A DNA stretch of 63,325 nucleotides, filler included, from Catajapyx aquilonaris (GCA_000934665.2; 2 parts of 2 records of this genome joined end to end with filler, not necessarily neighbours in it), one strand, 5' to 3'. Positions 1 to 12,329 are shown, counted from the first letter of the whole stretch. The notes: generated by a model from the sequence alone, not told the origin. A program made the numbers and translations.

Positions 1-67
1 GGGGGGTGGGGGGGGGCGCCTCCTTGAACCCTCGCCCAGGGCGCCATTTGCTCTAGGGCCGGCACTG
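1..67. mobile_element. Right end of a hAT-like MITE
   Basis: ...GCCCAGGGCGCC...AGGGCCGGCACTG terminus resembles the CAG(G/T)GCCGG TIR family at 42379. Confidence 0.5.
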
Positions 68-229
68 GTTGCAGGCAGGGGGAGTGGACGAGACGCTGCT
101 ACTGGAGACTTTAGTCAGGTCCCTGCTTATAGCTACATCCATTTCAATAACAGTTAAAACACTGCTACGTGATATTTGACCCACGCTCTCTCCTCTCCGC
201 CTTCCTGACTATCCTGAGTCCCTGTCCAA

Positions 230-416
230 GTCTCCCCGTCCCCGCCAGGTCCCCGCCGCGATCGTCCATTTTCTCGTTGGCTTTCAGGGCGTTGGTTCAC
301 GCCTATATTATACGGACACACTCCTCGACCGTGGTTAGCGCTTTTCGTGCTAGTGTGAGAGACTTAAATAAGAGGACGCAGAGTTGCCGTTTAGCGAGTG
401 AGGCCAGCCCCAATAC
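230..416 (+). other. Probable non-coding first exon (5' UTR) and promoter-proximal region of the SR-protein gene
   Basis: CpG-rich, pyrimidine-rich stretch ending at tandem GTGAGT donors (417, 421). The next acceptor (ttcacag, 2723) precedes the ATG exon. The 5' boundary is approximate. Confidence 0.45.
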
Positions 417-2737
417 GTGAGTGAGTACTGGAGGATTGTGAAAGCTTCAGTGGGTTGAGTGTTCATGTTTAAGACCCAACCAAAGTGCGAAACTGGGCTT
501 TTGAAATGTAGGGGTAGGCGGTGGTGCTATTAATGCGGGCTGAAGTTTTGAGCTACTTGGCCTTGTGTAGAGGCAGAAGTGTGGCAGATTGGGCTAAAGG
601 AAGGGGCTGTGGATTTAACGAGAGAATAATTGGCGTCGCAATGGGTGACAATCACTGCCAACAAATTAACTAACAAAAGGTTGATAGCTCTACCATTCAC
701 TGGTTGTATCAGTATTAATTTGGGGTGGGTTAGGATTGGAAACTGGATTGATCAGACAGGTAGCGAAGTTTGTAAATAAACTACTGGAGCTCCCCAACGA
801 AACCCTGGTACATAGAGCTTTTTCTAGTGCGGTTAAGAATCGAGTCGGGGGCGATATTACATTCACAACTTGGGTGGCGCAAATTTACATGTTGAAAAAG
901 TATGAGGTAACGGAATTAGGTCCTCATAAAATCCATCTACGAGGGTTGGTTTTTATATAGTGGCAACACTGATAATTACTACCATAGTTACAAAAGAGAC
1001 CTGTAATTAACAAATTTGTTATCTACATTCCTTCAATGTAGTTGCCCTGCACTCCATGACACCATCATGGTCACATGCGACCGTTCTAACATCGATGCCA
1101 TAGCTTAGGGCGGTGAACCAGGATGCGATCCCTTTGAACTACTCAGTCACCATCACCAGAAGCACAATCAGGTCCAAATTTGACATGAACAAGCCTCATG
1201 TCTGTCTGGATCACCCCCAGTCACTCCCTATACCAGTACATTGGTTAGCTCGGCTCCCCCACCGAGAGGGATTAGCCACGGTTGGCGCTAGAATCACTTA
1301 CCGAGATGGTAGCGCCTTACCTAGCGGCCAACTCTGAACCATTTTGGTCGACTTCTATTGGCTGGAGGTAGTACAGGGTGGACGGAAAGTTTCAGACCCC
1401 CCCGGTTTTTTAACCCTACTTTTCACAGCGTCTTTTCACATCTTTTAAAAGTCCACAAGCAGTTCTAATGTACACTATCTTTTGAAGCATAATCTTGAGA
1501 ACATCTCAGCACCTTCGCTCTCACAATTCCATTAATAACTTCGCCTCTGTGACTCATCTAAACATCCTATCTGCTTGTTGCCTTGGAGGACCCCTGGTCA
1601 TATTCTGCGTCAGATAAGGTTTTTATGACCCCTTCATGCAAATGTTGTGAACTCACTCCTGACCTTATTTTTCGCATTGGTCCATAACCTGGTCCAATAA
1701 AAATTTGAAAAGGAATGCATGAAATGGCGGACCCGGATGCATTACTTTCGAATTGGTACCATCACAGTTGTCTCCATTTTCACTTTAAAATAATTTTTTG
1801 GTGGGAAAGGACAGTAAACAATAATATTGTAACATTAGAGGGCACAATTTTAACTATTTTTACAAATGTGTGAGCTATTTCAGGTTCAAAGACACCTTTA
1901 ACTTCGGAACGGAAATGCTGATTTTGAAGTATTAATTTTTACAAATTAATTTTTTATTTGATAACCATAAAAAACGCCCTTCTTATTTTAAAAATATAAC
2001 AAGTATGGGAAAGGAGGGTAAGAGTACGGGCCTTTTATGTTTTTCTTCATAATTATTTTATTTTCCATCTAACTTGCAAGAGATTAGGGTATAATGATTA
2101 TAAGCGAAAATGCGAGAAAAACAAAAGGAAATCTGAGATACAAAATAAAACCTTTCATGAGGACACTTGTGTACTCTTGTCTGACGTGAAGGCCAAGAGT
2201 ACTATTGAGGGAGGCTAAGAGTTCGCACCTAACAACAGTCACTAATAAAATGTCAATTGCCCTCATAGCCAGAACAGGCCTCATGCCACCACTCCTGACA
2301 TTTCCCACATTGAACCCAGGACACATTGTAGTTATGAAGTGGGAGCTAGGAGTGGTAGACCTGCTCGTGACATCACAGGCTACGTGCAATTGTTCAAAAC
2401 ACGTTGGATGGAGCGGGTGACGTCACGAGCAGTGTCTATCACTTCTTACTCACACGGCCCCACTTCATAACTGCGATGCGCCCTTCTGCTGCCGTGAAAA
2501 ATGTCATTAGCAGTACGACGCGATTGATGTCCAACACTGTACTACAAGGAAAGCTTACACCCACTTTCATGATCATTTCTCAATTTGCCACTTTAAAAAA
2601 CACACCATTGCAGCTACTCATGCACCGCCTTCCTCCTCCTCCTCCTCACCCCCAAACCATCATGTCTCTATTATCATCACTACTACTTAATTTGTATTAT
2701 CTTTTATCCACTTTTCTTCACAGGTGACGCCCCCAGG

Positions 2738-2795
2738 ATGTCTCGATACCGTGATGGGTGTCCTTTGGATTGCAAAGTCTACGTGGGAGATTTAG
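2738..2795 (+). CDS. SRSF7: SRSF7/9G8-like SR splicing factor, coding exon 1 (MSRYRDGCPLDCKVYVGDLG; RNP2)
   Basis: ATG at 2738; SRSF3/7-type N-terminus CPLDCKVYVG; GTAGGA donor at 2796, phase 1. Confidence 0.92.
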
Positions 2796-3022
2796 GTAGG
2801 ATAGGTCAGGGCTTGTTCCAGGTTTTACTTGACGGGTTGGTAACCCTCATTTTTATCATTCTTGAAATCCATTCTCATTCATCGGTTCATATTTGTCACT
2901 TTTTCCTTTATTGAAGCATAGCAGCAGGGATTAATGCATGAACCTCCTTTTTTTGTTTTTCCTACACCTAACCTATCCTTCCCATCCCTCTTGCTCCTGG
3001 GGGAATAAAACAACATATCCAG

Positions 3023-3176
3023 GGTCTGGTGCGTCGAAGCAGGAGCTAGAGGACGCTTTCTCCTACTATGGACCTCTGAGGAACGTCTGGGTTGCTCGTA
3101 ACCCACCTGGATTCGCTTTTGTTGAGTTTGAGGATGCTCGGGATGCAGAAGATGCTGTACGTGGTCTTGATGGAAG
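3023..3176 (+). CDS. SRSF7: SRSF7-like coding exon 2 (RRM core: [30 protein letters not shown])
   Basis: Diagnostic SRSF3/SRSF7/RBP1 RNP1 sequence; AG at 3021-3022; GTCAGT donor at 3177; phases consistent. Confidence 0.95.
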
Positions 3177-3948
3177 GTCAGTATTAGCTGCTGCATGGTT
3201 ATACTCTCATAGCTGAGGCAATGCAAATGGGAACAAGCGAAGAAGGGATTGAGTCAAGCTTGAGTTTCAACAGGACAATTCAAGTGAATTGATTGATTAA
3301 GAAATGAAAATATTTTTTTTTAAATCAAGATACTTTTTTTGGGAGCAGTTACTTCTAAGGATGGCAAAATCATTGATTCTAGTACTAAGTAGAATAGAAG
3401 CGCCTTGGTTGAGTCTCTGTAGGGAAAAGGGTGGAAGAAAAGTGCTGACCTTAGATGTCAAGGCAGATGGTTCTCTGAAGAATCAGGTCATACTTTTCAA
3501 GGACTTGTTCAAGCATAGTTTTGCTGTGCACCATGATAATTTCTAGTGAAGTTTGTTCGAATAATTGTTGAAGAAAAAGTGAAACTCATTTTTTCCACTA
3601 TTTTAGGAATTGTGAAAATCCAGATTTTTAATGTGCAACTTTCCAAGGTTTTTTGCCCCCTCCCTTCAAATTTTACGTTGGTACAGTGTAACTTGTGCTC
3701 CAATCCAGGTGCCCAAGAGTTCCCGGGTGGTTGAATATAGCAGCTTCTATAGTGTGTTTCTTACTAGTAGGTCAACCCAAAGTCAGCACATTCCTTGGGC
3801 TAAAACAAGTCAAACATGTAGTGGGGAGAAATGTCGAGGGACCAAACTGTAAGGAGGTAGACGACCAGAATAATTGGCCAGTGTTTGCTTAGGGAGCGTG
3901 ATAAGAGCGTGATAATCGCTATTCCTCTTTCTTCACCCATGTTCTCAG

Positions 3949-4122
3949 GACTGTGTGTGGCCGTCGTGTTCGTGTAGAGCTGTCGACTGGGAAGAGCAAG
4001 TCCCGATTTCGCGGGGCTCCCCCTCGCTGGGGCCGCCCTTATCACCCGGAGGATCGCTGCTATGACTGTGGAGAGAGGGGCCACTATGCCCGAGACTGCC
4101 CCCGATACCGCCGGTACTATAG
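3949..4122 (+). CDS. SRSF7: SRSF7-like coding exon 3 (end of RRM plus CCHC zinc knuckle [14 protein letters not shown])
   Basis: The zinc knuckle separates SRSF7/9G8/x16 from SRSF3. Acceptor ttctcag at 3948; donor GTATGG at 4123, phase 2. Confidence 0.93.
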
Positions 4123-4719
4123 GTATGGAGAAATCCATACCTTTTCTCTATACCTTGGGTTTGAAGGGGGGTTTGGAGTAATGCCTGTGAAATTGAAATG
4201 ATTTACATATTCCAGATGTTTATTTTACTCTACTACTATTACAAGTACTATCAATAATCACAGGTTTTACTCTGTATGGAGTAAGTCAAAATTTTATTCC
4301 AATTAGCATGGCCTGCAAAGAGCAGGACAAAGCAATCCTGCTACATGGAATATTGAAAGTGTTTGTGAGGTCTGAGTAGGATTTGACCATGCACCTTTTA
4401 TTAGTTCTCAGTGGAATAATATTGCCCTATGCAGTAACTTATTTTTGTTCATGTCATTTGAGGGTGTAGGAATACAAATTTAGGCTCTGTTAAGGCAACA
4501 GAGCTTTTAGTAGCAGACAACATTTTAAACACTTGATGGGAGAAAGGGGGGCTTTTACAGCGTTGTTGGATTAAGTTCTGACGCCTAGGGCTGGGATGGG
4601 GTGAGTGGTAGCTTAACTCCATATTTTTGCACATTACCAAAAAGAAAGGAAAAAAATGGTATGAAGTTGGGGGCAGAGAGCAAGATTGATTGATATTCTT
4701 ATTCCTGACGTTCTTATAG

Positions 4720-4734
4720 GCGTAACGGCTGAAA
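4720..4734 (+). other. Candidate poison micro-exon A of the SR gene (in-frame TGA at 4730-4732)
   Basis: ttcttatag|GCGTAACGGCTGAAA|gtgagt. Joined to exon 3 it reads AGG CGT AAC GGC TGA. Confidence 0.5.
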
Positions 4735-5308
4735 GTGAGTTCAATAGACAGCCATGAGAGCTACTGCTACTACTACCACTGCATTCTCCTTCTACGGAGA
4801 GAGAGAGAGAGAGAGAGCAAAAGCGAGTCAGAGTATTTCGTGCGAAGGGTCTTCTCGCCCCATCGGGTGGCAGCGAGAAGGTTCTACGAGAGGGTACCCC
4901 CCAAAAGAGAGTGCACACCATGTTGTGACGGCCCCCATCTGTGTTCTGCCTGCCCGCCATGTGCCTGACCGTCCGACTTTTTTTTTGTACCTGCTCATTA
5001 CCTGGAGTGGGAAGGAAGGAAGGAGGGAGGGAGGGAGGGAGGGATGGATTGATGGATGGGAGGGAGGGGGGGAGGGATGAAACTGGGATTTTATTTGTTT
5101 ATTTATTTATTTATTTATTGTATTTAATTTTTAGAGTAAGCCCAACATTTGAAACCCTAGCATGCATATCACTTGATTGTATGTCATGACTACCACTAGC
5201 ATTTCCTTTCCTGTCATTATTGCACAGTTAAATGTTGATTTTCCATATTACAATATTCAAGCCACACATTCTTCAGTTACTATCCAGCCCATAACTGCAA
5301 CACATTAA

Positions 5309-5867
5309 CCCTCTCACCGCCGTGTCCGTGCAGCACGGACAAATACTTTTGAGAATTTGTTGCAAAAAAATCTATAAATCATTCATGAATGCGGTTTTCG
5401 GCATATTCACAAGCAAAACACGCAGAATCCGCCACAAAAATCACACACTCAAGTCCTTTGTCAGACTTTTTTGTATGACGTCATATTCCGACGGCCATAT
5501 TTAAAAAAAATTCTATGTGCAATGATCGAGATTGTATGAAGACTAGCTCAATTGTGGGAATTTAGCCATTCATTAGATCGGTTTCTAAGCAATATTTCAC
5601 ATAGAATCGTTCTTTAAACCTGTATACTTCACCCCTACGTTTTTTCTGACTCCTGAGTAGCTGCTTAGAAGTAGTTATAGCTGTTATGCCACACATGGCC
5701 TAGATTGTGGGAGCGGGCAGTAGATGTGGGGTGAGCAGCCATTCAATGCGGTTTGAATGATATAGCCGGCATGGGGCTAACACGAGCCATTAGTGAGATA
5801 TGGAATTTTTAAATTTATGATTACTTCATGCATGAGTCATGCGGGGGGAGTAGCGGCGGAGAGAGAG
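5309..5867. mobile_element. piggyBac-like MITE
   Basis: TTAA|CCCTCTCACCGCCG ... CGGCGGAGAGAGAG|TTCA (degenerate right end). Confidence 0.55.
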
Positions 5868-6657
5868 TTCATTGTTTCAGACCCCTCCTCCTCTTAAAGG
5901 GGTTCTTAACTGTTGTTTTGCTCATGCCATAATGTTGCTCATATAACTTAATATTTAATTTTAATCGTACACTGTACTGCCTTTTATTTAGTTAAATTTT
6001 ACTTATATCAGCAGTGACTCACAACTGCTTCATTTCTACAAAATCAGTTGCCTTCCTAACTCTGCATTTGTTTCACATAAGATGTTTTCCCTTTTCACAT
6101 GTTGAATTATTACTATTGGTTGCCTTATTTCAGCTTAGATTTCCTCAATACAACACCCCTTTAATCACAGAAAAATTGCAAGGCATTACAACCACTGATT
6201 ACACCTACACCATCCTTTCATCTTTCATATCTGATGTTTCCTTCATTGTGCAATAAGTTCTCAGCTGTATTATTTCTGCATCCAGTCATTCCCTCAGCCA
6301 TTTTGCTAGGAGGTACTCATCTTGACTTTAATTGCCCAAAATAGCCCTCATCCATTTTAGTTTCACCTCGGACCTTGTAGCTAAAGGTCAATGTTGTCAA
6401 AACCAGACAATCCTCAAGCAGCAGTTGTTACCCCTACACATTTGTACAATTTGAGATTCCTGTGTCCCCGATTCTTCACCTATCTCCAGTAAAATTTCTT
6501 ACCAATTACTGCCCTTTCAACTCTCCATGTAATTTTGTTCACCTGACATTCCTAAGCCGACTTGATCCTTTAATGTCTCCTATCAAAAAAAGAAAACAAA
6601 AAAAAGGAACAAGAAAAAAAAAGAGAGAAAGAAGAATAAGCACCAAGTCTCCCCTAG

Positions 6658-6945
6658 CCACTGTTTTGCTTAAAAATGGCCTACTACCAACCCACGATCG
6701 ACCCATGGGTTCACCCTACGAAGGGCAGCGAAAGAAAAAGGCTTCGAGAGTTACACAGCGTAGAGTCACTGAGATGATCGGAAGCGATCAAGTGTTGCCG
6801 ACGGGTTCATTTGCAACGGGTACAGAGAGAGCACACTGCTACTGCTACTACTCGACTAGGGGGTCTGCCTACTACAGAGTACTACTAGTGCTACTGCTGC
6901 GGTCTCACTCAGGTTGCGTTAACTGAGCGAGTCGTCGGCCTGTTT
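6658..6945 (+). other. Candidate poison cassette exon B of the SR gene (in-frame TAA at 6671-6673)
   Basis: tctcccctag acceptor at 6657; GTGAGT donor at 6946; CpG-rich island with CTAC/GAGA repeats inside an AT-rich intron. Confidence 0.45.
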
Positions 6946-7940
6946 GTGAGTCGGCTTGCAAATGGTAGGATCATGTATACTGTCCATCCCCTAAAACTGT
7001 TAAATTTTTCCCATAATTTTTTGGAAGCAATAAATTTGCAAATATCATTTTTTTTATGGCGTCAAATTAACATTTACCAAAAAATATGTGGGGAAAGTAG
7101 AGGAGGGCAGATGCATGTGACCAAAGTATATGAAAAGGTGGGTTTTGGTGTTTAAAATGCTCCAGGAAAACATTTAACAGTGTGATTGTTGCTGGGCATT
7201 TTCCTGAGGCATGTTAGTGAAGCAACTTCACTTTAATTGCATTGTCTTTGCTAAATTTATTTAGCACGTGGAGTTAGAGTGAAGCTGATTTTGATTGTTA
7301 ATAGTTTACACCAGGGGTGTCGCAGGAAAGTTTTGGCAGGGTATGCACTAGAAGGGCAAAGGCCCTTTGCTGTGTATAGCCTCACATTGTGCCTTTCTCT
7401 ACTGGGTAAATGTTGTATACCCACGTACCCCCTCTGCAACACCACTGGTTTACGCCGTTTATGATGAGCAACAATGTACAAGTAAAGCAATGGTTGATCA
7501 TTCAGGAAGAAGCACATGTTGGCTTAATATTTTTACAGCCCATACATGCACTGTTTATTCTGAGATTACAGTACACAGGGGATTAAACAAATTTATATCC
7601 ACACATTTTTGTGTATGACTGCAATTGTAGCACTTAACACTGTATCAAATAGCAGGAACTGTATTAGCTACTGCTCACAAGAAGTGGGTCATTCATTATG
7701 GTTAACATAATTGATGGACTGTGTACTAATAATGTAATTATTGTTCTTTTCTTTATATTAATTTTTATTTTTCATATTATGTGGGATTGTGTGTGAGATG
7801 TAAACACCATTGTTTGACTTTGCTTATTGTTGCTCTGACATGTTTGTTGAGATGGTGAGGCGAGTCTGAAACTGAGACATGCTATTAATATTTCTCTACT
7901 TCAAATCCCTCTCTCCCCTTTTCCTTCTTCGACCCTGAAG

Positions 7941-8231
7941 CCGTAGCCGCAGCCGCAGTCGCAGCCGTTCTCGTGGCCGCCGCCACTCTCGAAGCTACAG
8001 TCGCAGCCGTTCTAAGTCTCGCAGCCGCAGCCGCAGCCGCAGCCGCTCTCCGTCGAAGTCCCGGAGCCGCAGCAGGTCCAGGTCTCGTCACGGGAGCCAT
8101 GGAACTATGGGTGGGATTGGAGTGGGTGGTAACAGGGCAGGGGGGATGGGAGCAGGGACCAGTGGGGGAGGGGGTCAGGCTCATCGCAGCCAGACCAGGT
8201 CTCCAAGGTCCAGGAGCAGGTCCAGGTCCAG
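7941..8231 (+). CDS. SRSF7: SRSF7-like coding exon 4 (RS domain with a Gly-rich insert)
   Basis: Long pyrimidine tract then gaag at 7940; in-frame SRSRSR repeats; ends TCC AG|GTAGAG. If unspliced it reads AGG TAG (stop). Confidence 0.88.
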
Positions 8232-8728
8232 GTAGAGAGAAGATCAGCCAAGGTTGTTTTTCTTATTGTTTTGTTACTTCATATTTACTTTTTAAAGGCT
8301 TTCATCATTGTCATTTGAATTTAAAAGATCCTGGTGTAATTATGTGCCTGATTACACAAGCTAGAATGAGCTCTGCATAATGTTAAAAGTTGGTTCACGT
8401 GACCATTTTGTTACATGTTCATTCAAACTCTGTTAATACAATCTAGCAGCAATATACAGGGTGGTACTCTGTCCAACTAGACTGTTTGAGCAGAGGTTTG
8501 GAGAGGTAAGGGATGTTTCAGTTATACAGAAAGGTCTGCACAAATGCCAAATGATGAAAGAATTGAAGGTTATGTAACTTTTCCTGAAGTGTATAAAAAA
8601 AGGGATAGGCTGTTGGAACTTGCCTCTTGATTCGCCAATGAAAATATCAGCCCAATCAAATTGCTACTACCTGAGTGGCTAGATTTTCAGTCAGACTGAA
8701 ATAGTGCTACAGTTGAAGGATATACTAA

Positions 8729-9499
8729 CAAGGGAACTACCAGCACCTCCATGTCACCGATCGGACCAAAAATTACGTGGCTGGTCAATTGTAGGCCTGT
8801 TATGAATATGTGAAAATCACAAACGTCACTGCTCAAGCAAGTAATTAGCAATTGAATGTGGCCCGGTAACCACCACAACTGGGATAGAGCACAAATTGGA
8901 ACGTTCGGAATAAGTCAAGGTTGAGTAGCTCAGTTGGTAATGCTGCTGTTTACAGATCAAGGGTCCATTAAAAGAAGGACGATTGGACTCATCGTTTTGT
9001 TTATGATTCCTAGTCAATGGAAATCTGCTAAACACACCTCTGGAACCTTCCACTTTTCCTGTTTCCATGGAAATGCCCTCACACAACAATGGGAGTATAC
9101 AGTGTCAACAAAAAACAACGAAAGAACAATGTATGCTCATATTATGTGAGGGCATTTCCATGGAAACAGGTAAAGTGGAAGGTTCCAAAGGTGTGTTTGG
9201 CAGATTTCCATTGACTAGGAGTCATAAACAAAACAATGAGTCCGATCGTCCTTCTTTTAATGGACCCTTGATCTGTAAACAGCAGCATTACCAACTGAGC
9301 TACTCAACCTTGACTTATTCTGAACGTACCAAGTTGTGCTCTATCTCAGTTGTGGTGGTTACCGGGCCACATTCAATTGCTAATTACTTGCTTGAGCAGT
9401 GATGTTTGTGATTTTCACATATTCATAACAGGCCTACAATTGACCAGCCACGTAATTTTTGGTCCGAGCAGTGACGTGGAGGTGCTGGTAGTTCCCTTG
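8729..9499. mobile_element. Fold-back element with arms of about 360 bp
   Basis: 8729-9088 is the reverse complement of 9143-9499; CAAGGG/CCCTTG termini flanked by TAA on both sides. Confidence 0.9.
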
Positions 9500-9613
9500 T
9501 AAGTTGTAGCTGTGGATCAAGGGCCACTTCACTAATTGAATAATTTTAGACTATTTTTTGATCGCTTTTATAGGTCTGCAAATTATTATTATTATTTTTG
9601 CTTTCTATAGGTG

Positions 9614-10338
9614 CATCTGGAAAATAAGGTCAGTTTTTTATTAGATAAGCAATGATGTACTCCTGAATTTCCATTACATACATCTGAAAGCTTCAACTGT
9701 CTACTTTTTTTTCAAAATAGTTTCCAGCCAAATTGATGCATTTGTCATAGAGTTGCACAGGATTTTGTATGCGTATGGCATAGACGTTTGCCGCCAGCCA
9801 TTTCCCGATCCCTGAACATTGGACTGAAACCCCTCGTCATTGTCAAACCTCTGCTTTGCTTGCCATTTCTTCATGTCCATAGACAGGTGCCTCAGAAGAA
9901 AGTGATGAAACGATTCTCATTTGAATTGTTGCGACAGGGTGCCCGTATGCAAGGCAGTTGCATTGTTACGGCATGTTGAGTTCCGGGGTGTTTTTCTTGC
10001 ACGACAATGCTGCTCGCATATTATGCGAGCAGGCATTGTCATGCAAGAAAAACATGGAGGTGCTGGTAGTTCCCTTGTAAGAAATGCCAAGCAAAGCAGA
10101 GGTTTGACAATGACGAGGAGTTCCAGTCCAGTGTTCAGGGATCGGGAAATGGCTGGCTGCAAACGTCTATGACATTGGCATCCAAAATCCTGTGCAACTA
10201 TGTGACAAATTCCTCAATTTGGCTGGAAACTATTTTGAAAACAGAAGACAGTTGAAGCTTTCACATGTACATATGTAATGGAAATTCAGGGGTACATATG
10301 TTGCTTTTCTAATAAAAAACTCGCCTTATTTTCCTGAC
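9614..10338. mobile_element. Older inverted-repeat element with arms of about 255 bp
   Basis: 9614-9871 and 10078-10338 are reverse-complementary with many mismatches. Confidence 0.8.
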
Positions 10339-10728
10339 GAGCCAAATATTTGTGTGCAAGGTTTGGGAGGTGGGGTGGGAGGGAAAAAGTAACAAAAGGG
10401 TTGGTATGGGTTGGTTGTGGGAAGGAAAAGGGGTTGGGATTATGATTTGTACAGAAATTTGTATCAGATGTTGATTGCTTTCATTGGGCCATTGCTTAAG
10501 TATAGTGGAATCCGTTTTGAGCAGCAAAGTGGATCCGACATTATAGCTTTCCTCTCATATCCAAGTGTTCAATGTGTTCTGACCTTGGATGATGATTTTT
10601 TTTCAGTATTGCCATTTGGATATGTTTTAAACAAGCTTCTTTTGTTGGCCACCTTATGTCTTGCTACTTGCTACGTATATTATGGGGGCATATTGGGTTG
10701 AAATAGTGCATAAGGCTGTTACATTATA

Positions 10729-11168
10729 CAGGGTGAAGGGAAACTTGCGCCCAATCGCCAGGTAGACTTATAGTACTCATAAAACTAATATAGGGATGTG
10801 CAATTAGTTTTTGGTTCTCTTGCGTAGTTAATGTGTACGGCGCCCTTAAAGTGTAGACGGCCAAATGGTGGAATATGAGGCAAAAACGACAGTGTGTGGG
10901 TGTAGTACCAAGATTCTTACTCTGACGGGATTTGATCGCTTTTTGCACATGGAAGATGTGTTAGGGGACCATGGCAAGGGACCGGAGGCCCTCGAACTGA
11001 CTTTTGCTTCCTAGAAGCTGGCGGAACGGATGTGACGTCACGAAACTTTGACAGTGTCGTACGCATTAACTACACAAGGGAGCCCAAAACTAATTGCACA
11101 TTCCTATATTAGTTTTGCGAGTACTATCCGTCTACCTGACGATTGGGGGCGAGTTTCCCTTCACCCTG
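10729..11168. mobile_element. Tc1/mariner-type MITE (TA|CAGGGTG...CACCCTG|TA)
   Basis: TIRs of about 80 bp; TA flanks. Confidence 0.85.
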
Positions 11169-12329
11169 TATAATTTTTATGGACCTAGACAGCTTCCCCA
11201 TTTGGCTTCTTTCCCCCAAAAAAAGGGTGTTCTTTTTCAAAACGAAGAGGCTAGCTGGAAAACGGATTCCACTGGATTTCAAAGAGCTGCATGCAAGTGT
11301 TTAATTTTTTAAAAATTACTTACACATGCCAAAAAGTTAGCCACTTGTTAGCCAGACTCCACAGCTAGTTAGTGTTGAGTGAACACTATCTCATATCCTG
11401 CATATCAAAAAAAAATTGGCTAATATACAAGCAGGTTTGTAAAGGGTAAGAGAGCACATGGTTACCAGAATAGAGCAGGACTTCTTAAATAAAACGTAGC
11501 TGGTCAGGTGGGGCTTGGGGGNGGGGGGGAGAGAGCGAGAACAATTAAAGTGGTAATGACGCCTGTAGAGAGGATTTGGATGCTGTGTCGAGGCAGAACA
11601 GCCACCTCAGTATCAACCAGTGCCTTGTGTTGCATTAAGATGCATTTACATGTGGGCGATTTGATCGGCCATCTCATCGCCGAGTCATGAAATCCTAACG
11701 AAAGCAGTGATTTGGGCCGAAAGTAGCACTCGCATTTAAGACGATGACGTCGCTCAGGTCCCTCAAGTCTGTTTGAAGTAGACGATGACATCACCGCACA
11801 TCGCCTGCTTGTAAACATATGGGCGATGTATAAGGGCTATCTCTTGCGTCATGACGTTAGAACCGCTACAGCTCATGGGGGATGTTATCGCCCACATGTA
11901 AACGCACCTTTAGGCCCCGTTTATATTTTCGACTTAATAGGGACGACTGGCTGCAATGCGCAGGTGCTCAATCCGTCGGCCGCCCTTAGTGGTGAGCCTC
12001 CCAGTTGAAAGGAAATAGATCCTGCTCGAATTTGTGTTCGTCTGGGAAGACATGCCTACTACAGACAGTCGCTTCTACGAAGTCAAAAATGCAAATGGGA
12101 TCTTACAGGGAAAATTCTCACAATTGAGTTTAATCACTGCCATGCATAGAACAATTGGGTGGGATCAAACTCATCGATGAGAATAATTCTCACTGCTATG
12201 CAGCATAATGCTGACACCTAATGACTGGTTTCGTTAATCCAAGTATATACCATTGGATCCTATTATTTTAACCACAAACCAAGCCTAGCCTGTAGCTAAT
12301 GTATGTACAACAACATAGCTATTTTGAAG

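Noticed and set aside
736..960. 74-aa ORF in SR-gene intron 1
   Set aside because: Resembles a degraded post-RT LINE fragment (ETG...KF..KLL.LP); no splice support; too weak to annotate.
7885..8380. Poly-Ala ORFs 7973..8380 (+) and 7885..8184 (-)
   Set aside because: Alternative frames of the RS-domain exon (AGC CGC repeats).
8826..9402. Two near-identical ORFs on opposite strands (87 aa and 111 aa)
   Set aside because: Produced by the inverted arms of a fold-back element; no recognisable protein.
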